Below are positions 23,011 to 30,405 of a stretch of DNA of 32,000 nt, piece after piece; positions within the stretch are counted from its first letter, which is position 1, and each line of letters opens with the position of its first letter. This DNA is from Nitrososphaera viennensis EN76 (GTDB lineage Archaea > Thermoproteota > Nitrososphaeria > Nitrososphaerales > Nitrososphaeraceae): the NCBI RefSeq assembly GCF_000698785.1, contig NZ_CP007536.1, forward strand, positions 1,740,001-1,772,000, in the 5' to 3' direction. The position numbers were made by a program, and so were the translations under genes. Under the pieces are notes generated by a model. It made no database searches and was not told the DNA's origin. It saw nothing but the letters and a program-made list of their open reading frames with translations.

Positions 23011-24555
23011 ATGCACGGCTTTGACGGCATCAGACGTACGGTGTTGGTAGGCCTTTTTGCCGGCATGCTTTTGGCGTCATTTTTGCCAGTGGCGATGTCG
23101 ACAAGTGCCTACGCGCAATCAAGCAGCAGCCAGGTAACGATCAACGGAGCAGGTGCAACATTTCCGTTCCCGCTGATAGACACCTGGAGAGTTGAATACA
23201 AAAAAGTGAACCCAAGCATCAGCCTGAACTACCAGTCAATAGGAAGCGGCGGAGGGATAAAGCAGTTCACCGAAAGGACGGTGGACTTTGGGGCGTCTGA
23301 CGCCCCGCTGACGGCGGCCCAGACAAAGGCCCTGCCTGGAGCGGCAGTCCACATCCCTGAAACAATAGGCTCCGTGGTCGCTGCGTACAACATCCCCGGC
23401 TTTAAGCAAAAGGGCCTGCTTCTCACCGGCCCCATCCTTGCCGACATTTACCTCGGCAAGATAACAAGGTGGGACGACCCGGCGATCAAGGCGCTCAACC
23501 CCAAGGTCCCGCTCCCAAGCAAGGACATACTCGTGGTCAGGAGGTCCGACGGCTCTGGCACGACGTTTGTCTGGACAGACTACCTCTCCTCTGTGAGTCC
23601 GGAATGGGCGCAGAAGGTTGGCAAGGGAACCGCGGTCCAGTGGCCAAAGGGCAGAGGAGCTCCAGGCAACGAGGGTGTTGCGTCGACGGTCAGGGGAGCC
23701 CCGTACTCGCTTGGCTACGTAGAGCTTGCGTACGCGCTGACGGCAAACATGAACTATGCTTTCATCCAGAACAAAGAGGGCAACTTTATCGAGCCGAGCC
23801 TTGACTCGGCCAAGGCGGCCGTAGAAGCGTCCGCAACGGCACTGCCGGCAGGCGACGCTGCATGGACGAACGTGTCGCTTGTCAACGCACCCGGCGACAG
23901 CTCGTACCCGATTGCAAGCTTTTCCTACCTGCTGCTGTACAAGGAGATGAGCACGAGCACCAAGATAGACAGCGAGGCCAAGGCCAAGGCGATTGTTGAC
24001 TTTATCGCGTGGGCAATCAGCCCTGCGGGACAGCAGCACGCGCAAAAGCTGTCGTACGTGCCCCTGCCTGACAACGTGGTAAGCCTGAACCAGAAAACGC
24101 TTGCCTCGCTGACGTACAAGGGCAAGGCGCTGTACACGATGCCGGGCTCAAGCTCTTCCTCGACCGCCACTTCGACAACGACAGCAACAACAGAAGAGCC
24201 GGCCAGCAAGACCTACACAGCCAAGCTATCCGTGACAGCCTCCATGAGCAAGACCACCAAGATGATGAATCTGGTGCTCAGAAACCCGTCTAACAGCGAC
24301 GCACAGGTATACCAGCTCCAGGTGACCCTTGACGGCGGCGCAAACGTCATGTCCGCCAAGGGACCGGCCGGCTGGGCAGTTGACTATGACGGAGACACTG
24401 TGATCTTTACGACCGACGACAAGCCCATAACCAAGGGCAAGCTCGGCCTGTTCAAGATCACTGCCAGCGCGACTGCCAGCAGCATCGACTGGGAAAGCGA
24501 CGACGCGGACGGCAACGTCATCAACGCCAAGACGACAACAGTCAGCGTAAGGTAA
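23011..24555 (+). CDS. pstS: phosphate ABC transporter substrate-binding protein, paralog 2, with a different C-terminal beta-sandwich-like extension and no PEFG tail
   Basis: 514 aa with the same PstS motifs as copy 1. After a Ser/Thr linker (SSSSTATSTTTATTEE), the C-terminal ~120 aa (KTYTAKLSVTASMSK...TTTVSVR) are unrelated to the copy 1 tail. Confidence 0.9.
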   Translation: MHGFDGIRRTVLVGLFAGMLLASFLPVAMSTSAYAQSSSSQVTINGAGATFPFPLIDTWRVEYKKVNPSISLNYQSIGSGGGIKQFTERTVDFGASDAPLTAAQTKALPGAAVHIPETIGSVVAAYNIPGFKQKGLLLTGPILADIYLGKITRWDDPAIKALNPKVPLPSKDILVVRRSDGSGTTFVWTDYLSSVSPEWAQKVGKGTAVQWPKGRGAPGNEGVASTVRGAPYSLGYVELAYALTANMNYAFIQNKEGNFIEPSLDSAKAAVEASATALPAGDAAWTNVSLVNAPGDSSYPIASFSYLLLYKEMSTSTKIDSEAKAKAIVDFIAWAISPAGQQHAQKLSYVPLPDNVVSLNQKTLASLTYKGKALYTMPGSSSSSTATSTTTATTEEPASKTYTAKLSVTASMSKTTKMMNLVLRNPSNSDAQVYQLQVTLDGGANVMSAKGPAGWAVDYDGDTVIFTTDDKPITKGKLGLFKITASATASSIDWESDDADGNVINAKTTTVSVR

Positions 24556-24566
24556 GGTAATGCTGA

Positions 24567-24604
24567 CCTCCCCCTCTCCTTTTCTCTTTTCTTTTTCTCT
24601 CTCT
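24567..24604 (+). terminator. polypyrimidine/oligo-T tract after pstS copy 2
   Basis: cctccccctctccttttctcttttctttttctctctct begins 12 nt after TAA 24553..24555. Confidence 0.35.
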
Positions 24605-24635
24605 ATATAGATCACCTTCAACTACAGTTTTTCCG

Positions 24636-24649
24636 TTGACAACCGTCAA
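24636..24649. promoter_or_regulatory. 5-4-5 palindrome TTGAC-AACC-GTCAA about 30 nt downstream of a TATA box (TCTATATAG, 24602..24610), upstream of pstC
   Basis: Read directly. Its position relative to the TATA box is where archaeal repressors commonly bind. Confidence 0.3.
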
Positions 24650-24682
24650 ATACGCTCCGGCCTTACCTCACGATGACATCGC

Positions 24683-25681
24683 ATGACTTTTTCAGAGTCC
24701 CGGAAGGAGCGCAAGGAGTTCCTCTCGTCGTTCTTTCTGGGGAGAAAGCGCAGGGGCGACGGCCTGTTCAAGTGGGTCGTTATCGGAGGAGCCGCGTACA
24801 CCCTGTGCATGCTCATCCTGGTGGTTTTTTCAGTGGTCGACGGCTCTCTTCCCGTCCTGTTTTACCAGGGCCTCGGGTTCTTTACCGGCACCGACTGGAA
24901 CCCCGTGGAAGGGAGGGAGTCGTACGGAGCGCTCCCCTACGTCATCGGCACGCTCGCAAGCTCGGGCATCGCTATGGCAATAGGCGTGCCCATAAGCCTC
25001 GGCATCGCGGTGTTCATCACCGAGATCGCGCCCTCAAAAGTGGGAACGCCGGTGGGCTTTGTAATAGAGATCCTGGCGGCCATCCCAAGCATCGTCTACG
25101 GCCTGTGGGCGCTCTTTGTCTTTCGGTTCTGGATACTTGACTACATCGAGTTCCCGCTCTACGACACACTTGGCCAGTCAATATCGTTCTTTGGCCCCGG
25201 CCCATTTGGCCTTGACATCTTTACCGCCGGCATCGTCCTTGCCATAATGATAATCCCGATTGTCTCTGCAATCTCGCGCGAAGTTCTAAGAGCAGTGCCA
25301 AACTCGCAGCGCGAAGCCGCGTACAGCCTTGGCGCCACGCGCTGGGAGACCGTCTGGCACTTTATCTTTCCTTACGCCAAGGCCGGAATCCTTGGCGCGG
25401 CCATCCTCGGGCTCGGCAGGGCCATGGGCGAGACCATGCTTGTCACGATGGTGATTGGAAACACCGTGGGGCTGGCGGCAATTCCTGACGGCCTGTTCAG
25501 CCCGGGCCAGACGCTTTCCAGCCTCATAGCCAACGAGTTCAACGAGGCCGCGTCGCCCCTGCACGCTTCTGCGCTCATCGGGCTTGGCGCGACGCTGTTC
25601 ATCCTTACTATGGCCATCAACATAGGCGCGCAGCTGCTCGTGTCAAGGATGGTCAAGGTAGCGCCGGGAGCCAAGGAGTGA
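24683..25681 (+). CDS. pstC: phosphate ABC transporter permease PstC
   Basis: 332 aa with 6 TM helices and the permease loop REAAYSLGATRWETVWHFIFPYAKAGI. Confidence 0.9.
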   Translation: MTFSESRKERKEFLSSFFLGRKRRGDGLFKWVVIGGAAYTLCMLILVVFSVVDGSLPVLFYQGLGFFTGTDWNPVEGRESYGALPYVIGTLASSGIAMAIGVPISLGIAVFITEIAPSKVGTPVGFVIEILAAIPSIVYGLWALFVFRFWILDYIEFPLYDTLGQSISFFGPGPFGLDIFTAGIVLAIMIIPIVSAISREVLRAVPNSQREAAYSLGATRWETVWHFIFPYAKAGILGAAILGLGRAMGETMLVTMVIGNTVGLAAIPDGLFSPGQTLSSLIANEFNEAASPLHASALIGLGATLFILTMAINIGAQLLVSRMVKVAPGAKE

Positions 25682-26595
25682 CGATCATGCAGTCAAGGCA
25701 AGAGCGCAAAAAAATGATCCAGGATGCAGTAGTCAGGACAAACGCCCGGCGCAAGCTCATGGACAAGCTGTTCACCGCAATCACTGTTGCCTGCGTCGCG
25801 GCGGCGATGATCCCGCTTGGAAGCATCCTTGTTGAAGTGGTGAAAAACGGCGTGGGCGCCATAACCGTGGAATTCCTGACGCAGCCGCAGGGCTCCATAA
25901 TAGCGGGCGACGGCGGGATAGCGCCGGCGATACAGGGCACGCTCCTCGTAGTCGCGCTTGCGTCTCTCATCGGCATCCCGGTGGGCGTTCTTGCCGGCAT
26001 CTACCTTTCCGAGTACGCGCAGGACAGCAAGTTTGCCCGCTCGGTGCGGTTCTTCAACAACGTCATGACAGGCCTGCCGTCCATCGTCATCGGCATAGTG
26101 GGGTACATCGTGCTCGTGCTCACGATCGGGTCGTTCAACATCACGGCTGGCGCTGTTGCGCTGTCAATCATCATGATACCCATAGTAGTCGGCGTGACGG
26201 AGGAGACGCTCAAGCTCGTGCCAAACTCTGTCCGCGAGGCCGGCCACTCGCTTGGCATACCAAAGTGGAAGGTGACCATCTTTATCACGCTGATGGCCGC
26301 AAAGAGCGGCGTCCTGACTGGCATCGTCCTTGCAATTGCCAGGATAGCCGGCGAGACTGCACCCCTTATCATGACCATCCTCGGCACGAGCCTGTTCTTC
26401 CAGGGCTTTGCCGGCCCCGTCGACGCTCTCCCGCTCAGGATATGGCGCCTTGCCTCGCTCCCGTACGAGCACGCGCACTCGTTTGGCTGGGGCGCCGCGC
26501 TCATACTGATACTCATAGTGCTCTCGCTTTCTATCGTGCTCAGGTTCGTGGTGTTGAGGCGCACGGGCGCTAAAGCCCCCACCCTCAAGGTCTAA
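25678..26595 (+). CDS. pstA: phosphate ABC transporter permease PstA
   Basis: 305 aa with the loop REAGHSLGIPKWKVTIFITL. 4-nt overlap with pstC. Confidence 0.9.
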   Translation: MTIMQSRQERKKMIQDAVVRTNARRKLMDKLFTAITVACVAAAMIPLGSILVEVVKNGVGAITVEFLTQPQGSIIAGDGGIAPAIQGTLLVVALASLIGIPVGVLAGIYLSEYAQDSKFARSVRFFNNVMTGLPSIVIGIVGYIVLVLTIGSFNITAGAVALSIIMIPIVVGVTEETLKLVPNSVREAGHSLGIPKWKVTIFITLMAAKSGVLTGIVLAIARIAGETAPLIMTILGTSLFFQGFAGPVDALPLRIWRLASLPYEHAHSFGWGAALILILIVLSLSIVLRFVVLRRTGAKAPTLKV

Positions 26596-26664
26596 GGGCT
26601 CTATATTGCGCTACGTGATCTATTTAGGCAATTGATAATTAGTCAAAAGCCAAAATGACCACAA

Positions 26665-27486
26665 ATGACGAGTGAGGAGTATGTCAGTAGCCCGGACTAT
26701 CAGGCTTCAACAAAAACGTCGCCAAAGCCAGGCTACAAAGTTTCAGTCCAGCGCCTCAATTCCTGGTTCTTTGACAAGCAGGCGCTAAAGGGAATCAACC
26801 TTGACGTCAAGGAAAACACTGCAACGGCGCTCATCGGCCCGTCCGGCTGCGGCAAGACGACCCTCATCCGCTCGCTCAACCGCATGAACGAGATGACCCT
26901 GGGCGCAAGGGTGGAAGGAAGCGTCTTTCTCGATGACACTGACATTTACGGCAGGGGCACCGACCCCGTCCTCATAAAGCGCAGGATCGGCATGGTGTTC
27001 CAAAAGCCAAACCCGTTTCCCACCATGAGCATCTTTGACAACGTGGCCGCGGGGCTAAAGCTGAACGGCATCAGGGACAAAAAGATGCTGGGCGAGATAG
27101 TGGAGGAAAGCCTCAAGGGAGCCGCGCTGTGGGAAGAGGTGAAAAACGAACTGGGCAAGCCCGGCATCAGCCTTTCCGGAGGCCAGCAGCAGCGCCTGTG
27201 CATAGCCCGCGCCCTTGCAATGCAGCCCGAAGTGCTTTTGATGGACGAGCCGACGTCCGCCCTTGACCCGATAGCATCCTCGAAAATAGAGGAACTGATA
27301 CACGAGCTGAAAAAAGACCTGACCGTGATAATTGTCACGCACAACATGCAGCAGGCAGCCCGCGTCTCTGACTATACCGCATTCATGTACCTGGGAGAGC
27401 TTGTTGAATACGGGCCTACAAAGCAGATATTTGAAAACCCGGACAAGGAGCTGACCGAGCGCTACATCTCAGGCAAGTTCGGGTAA
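26665..27486 (+). CDS. pstB: phosphate ABC transporter ATP-binding protein PstB
   Basis: 273 aa. Walker [10 protein letters not shown], signature [15 protein letters not shown], Walker [12 protein letters not shown], PstB-typical [10 protein letters not shown]. Confidence 0.95.
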   Translation: MTSEEYVSSPDYQASTKTSPKPGYKVSVQRLNSWFFDKQALKGINLDVKENTATALIGPSGCGKTTLIRSLNRMNEMTLGARVEGSVFLDDTDIYGRGTDPVLIKRRIGMVFQKPNPFPTMSIFDNVAAGLKLNGIRDKKMLGEIVEESLKGAALWEEVKNELGKPGISLSGGQQQRLCIARALAMQPEVLLMDEPTSALDPIASSKIEELIHELKKDLTVIIVTHNMQQAARVSDYTAFMYLGELVEYGPTKQIFENPDKELTERYISGKFG

Positions 27487-27538
27487 TAGCAGCAGTAGGG
27501 TAGGAAAGGAAAAAGCACACCACCACGCAAATAGGTAT

Positions 27539-28204
27539 TTGATTATGACCCGCCTCCTCGACTATGGGCTGCGCAGCATGAGCAACCTGATAATGGACAT
27601 GGCCGAGCTTTCCGTGCGCTCTGTGGACACCGCCATCGAGCTGTATGAAAAGGGCGACGCCGACAAGTCGCAGATATTCGAGTGGTCCGAGCAGCTGCGG
27701 GTGCTGCAGGACGAGGTGACCGAGCTTGCCGTGGAGCTGATAGCGCGCTACCAGCCGGTGGCCACCGACCTGCGCTTCATCCGCTCCTGCATCGAGATCT
27801 CGTACGGCTTTTCCCGCTTTGGGCGCTACGCCTACGACATCGTCGACGTGATGGGCATGATGGGCTCGGTGTCGCACTGCGACAAGGGCGCCGTGATGGA
27901 GATGGCCGACACCGCCCGCAAGATGATCCACGCAAGCGTGCAGGCATTGAAGTCGAGGGACAGGGAGGCCGCGCAAAAGCTGTACCAGATGGACGACACC
28001 GTCGACGCCCTGTACAGGAAATACCTGCGCGAGGCGATAACGCCGAGCACGAAAAAAGGTTCTAACGACCTCGTCAAGGACCCGCGGTGCTACGTCTCCA
28101 GCCTCCTCATCCTGCGCTACCTTGAGAGGATAGCGGACCACGCGTGTTACATCGGCGATTCCGTGTATTACATCGTGACGGGCACGTCAAGCCCGCGCCG
28201 GTGA
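27539..28204 (+). CDS. phoU: phosphate transport system regulator PhoU
   Basis: 221 aa with two PhoU helical repeats (ELIARYQPVATDLRFI..., MDDTVDALYRKYL..., YLERIADHACYIGD). Confidence 0.85.
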   Translation: MIMTRLLDYGLRSMSNLIMDMAELSVRSVDTAIELYEKGDADKSQIFEWSEQLRVLQDEVTELAVELIARYQPVATDLRFIRSCIEISYGFSRFGRYAYDIVDVMGMMGSVSHCDKGAVMEMADTARKMIHASVQALKSRDREAAQKLYQMDDTVDALYRKYLREAITPSTKKGSNDLVKDPRCYVSSLLILRYLERIADHACYIGDSVYYIVTGTSSPRR

Positions 28205-28233
28205 TCTATCTATATAGTGTCTATAGAACACGT

Positions 28234-28251
28234 GGCCGCGCATAGCGCGCC
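28234..28251 (+). promoter_or_regulatory. GC-rich hairpin (GGCCGCGC-ATA-GCGCGCC, 7 bp with one bulge) between phoU and the AbrB-PhoU gene
   Basis: Read directly. It is flanked by CTATATAG/CTATAG/CATAG repeats (28206..28258). It could be a terminator/attenuator or a binding site. Confidence 0.25.
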
Positions 28252-28303
28252 ATAGTCTATTCTCGCAAACCGTTTATTCACAGCTTCTCAATTCTCCAGC
28301 ATA

Positions 28304-29395
28304 TTGAGGACAGCAGCTACAGCAGCAACCGCTGCTGCCGGCGGTGCGGCAGCGGCAGAACACAAAGAAGTTCGCAAGGTGCAGTTCACAGGCAGGTCCA
28401 CCTACGTCCTGTCCTTGCCAAAGAGGTGGATAGAGGAGATGCACCTTCACGCCGGCGACCAGGTGACTCTTGTCCGCGAGACTGACAACTCGCTTTCCAT
28501 AGTCCCGACCAACACCGGCCCGGCAGAGTCTCTTGCCGAGGCGACCGCGATAATCACTTCAAGCGAGGGCGAAAGCTCCCTCCGGCGCAAGGTGGTGTCG
28601 ATGTACCTCGCCGGCTACAACATCATCCACCTCAAACTAAAGGCAGGCAGGATAAACCCTGCGCTTCGCGACGCCGTCCGCGACGTGGTGAGGCGCAACC
28701 TTGTCGGCACCGAGATGATAGCCGACGCCTCTGACATCATCACGTTGCAGGTGTTGCTATCATTGCCAGAGCTTTCGGTCAATACCGCCATCAGGCGCAT
28801 GTACCTCATCGCGTCGTCTATGCACAGGGACGCCATGACCGCCCTTTCGGAGCTCAACCAAGAGCTTGCAAGGGAGGTGATAAAATCCGACGACGAGGTC
28901 GACCGGTTCAGCCTGTACGTTTTGAGGAACCTCGTGATGGCGACTCAGAACGGCCGCGTGCTCAGGGAGATGGGGCTGAAAAGCCCGTCAGACTGCCTGA
29001 GCTACCGCGTGGCCGTAAAGAGCATCGAGCGCGTTGCAGACCACGCGTGCGGCATTGCCGAGATGGCCGCAAAACTGAAGGACAAGATACCAAAGGAGAC
29101 GCTGCAAAAGATAGAAAAGATGAGCTACCTTGCGCTCACCGTGCTTGGCGATTCAGTCGAGGCGCTCCTGCGCCGGGACTACCAGCTTGCCGACAAGACG
29201 GTCGACCAGGTGGAAGGCGTGCACCCGCTTGAGGAAGAAGCGCTGGCGTTCGTGGAAAAGGCCCGCGACCCGGCAAGCCTGAAGCTGGTGCTTGAGGACA
29301 TCAGGCGCACCGCGGAATACGCAAGCGACATTGCAGAAGCCGCGCTCAACGAGACCATCGAAGAGGTAATAGAGAAAAGCTCCGCCCACAAGTAA
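28304..29395 (+). CDS. SpoVT/AbrB-type DNA-binding domain fused to PhoU-like domains (candidate archaeal phosphate-responsive transcription factor)
   Basis: 363-aa ORF with a TTG start (an alternative GTG gives MQFTGRS...). N-terminal swapped-hairpin motif VQFTGRSTYVLSLPKRWIEEMHLHAGDQVTLV. PhoU-like repeats follow, with IERVADHACGIAE and RRTAEYASDIAE. Confidence 0.8.
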   Translation: MRTAATAATAAAGGAAAAEHKEVRKVQFTGRSTYVLSLPKRWIEEMHLHAGDQVTLVRETDNSLSIVPTNTGPAESLAEATAIITSSEGESSLRRKVVSMYLAGYNIIHLKLKAGRINPALRDAVRDVVRRNLVGTEMIADASDIITLQVLLSLPELSVNTAIRRMYLIASSMHRDAMTALSELNQELAREVIKSDDEVDRFSLYVLRNLVMATQNGRVLREMGLKSPSDCLSYRVAVKSIERVADHACGIAEMAAKLKDKIPKETLQKIEKMSYLALTVLGDSVEALLRRDYQLADKTVDQVEGVHPLEEEALAFVEKARDPASLKLVLEDIRRTAEYASDIAEAALNETIEEVIEKSSAHK

Positions 29396-29423
29396 GGCCA
29401 GCAGCCCCACACACGTACCATAT

Positions 29424-30365
29424 TCAGGCAAGCAGGACAAGGGCCGCAAGTATCACGACTATTATCACCGGCATCAGCTTGCGCATCCTGGCGTTCAACC
29501 TGACTGCCTCCTGCCCCTTATCGTGGTCGACAAGCCTCATCTGGAGCACTATCGACAGCAGGTTGTTCAGGAACAGCGCATACACGATTATCATCACCTT
29601 GTCCATGAGGGTCAGGTAGCCTATCGGGGGAAGCTGGCTTGCCGCGCTCAGGTGCGCAGCGACTGCCGCAAGCAAAGTCGGGGCGGCAAGGCCTATCCTT
29701 GCCGCAAAGTGGGCGGAACTCATCCAGAACGCCAGCATCGCTATCGTGGTTATTATCAGGACGGGAAAGATCGTCTTTAGAAACGACGACAGCGGCGCGC
29801 GCTCTAGTGCAAACGTAAAGATGTAGCGCGAGAACGTGCCTTCGCGGTAGTGATGGTCGATGACCTGCGAGCTGCTGCCGCCAAGCGTCCACCCCGGCAC
29901 GTTTATCAGGTCGTCAAAGCCGCTTGACGCGGTGTCCGGCTTGAACACGAGCTTTTCCACCGGCTCAAAGCCCTCGACCTCTACTGTCACCTGCTGCGTG
30001 TCAAAAGGGTACTGACGAAAGTCCATGTTCTTGACAAACGTGCCCTTGACGCGCGCCTCGTAATAGTTTGGCTCTACCTGCGAGGGCGTGACAGTGGCGT
30101 TGAACGCGTTCATAAAATCAAAGCGCGGGGCGCTCTTGGTAAAGTTGGCACTTGGACTGTCCGAGATAAACCAGATGTAAAAGTCAATGTCGTACGAGCC
30201 TGCCTGCAGGTCTGTCTTGCCGACGTTGACAAGGTACACCCCTACCGTGAGGCTTTCCGGCTTTTCTTCTTCTGCAAACGCCAGGTTTGTTGTCGTTGCA
30301 CCCGGTATTGAGAAAAAGGCAGCAACGAGCGCGGCAAGCGACAAGAGCGCCGCTATTTTGTACAA
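29424..30365 (-). CDS. prokaryotic pentameric ligand-gated ion channel (pLGIC / Pro-loop receptor) homolog
   Basis: 313 aa with a TTG start. Signal peptide and a beta-rich ectodomain whose FRQYPFDTQQVTVEVEG loop has no Cys pair. Then M1 (IFPVLIITTIAMLAFW), M2 (RIGLAAPTLLAAVAAHL), M3 (LPPIGYLTLMDKVMIIVYALF), a short linker and M4. Confidence 0.75.
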   Translation of the reverse strand: MYKIAALLSLAALVAAFFSIPGATTTNLAFAEEEKPESLTVGVYLVNVGKTDLQAGSYDIDFYIWFISDSPSANFTKSAPRFDFMNAFNATVTPSQVEPNYYEARVKGTFVKNMDFRQYPFDTQQVTVEVEGFEPVEKLVFKPDTASSGFDDLINVPGWTLGGSSSQVIDHHYREGTFSRYIFTFALERAPLSSFLKTIFPVLIITTIAMLAFWMSSAHFAARIGLAAPTLLAAVAAHLSAASQLPPIGYLTLMDKVMIIVYALFLNNLLSIVLQMRLVDHDKGQEAVRLNARMRKLMPVIIVVILAALVLLA

Positions 30366-30405
30366 CCTTTCATTGCTTGGGTAGAAGAGGCTATTTGCAT
30401 TATGA

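Noticed and set aside
21330-23024. Identical 5' ends of the two pstS genes (ATGCACGGCTTTGA) as a regulatory element
   Set aside because: The identity begins at the start codon and encodes MHGF(E/D). The upstream sequences differ, so it is best explained by paralogy and gene conversion rather than a shared operator.
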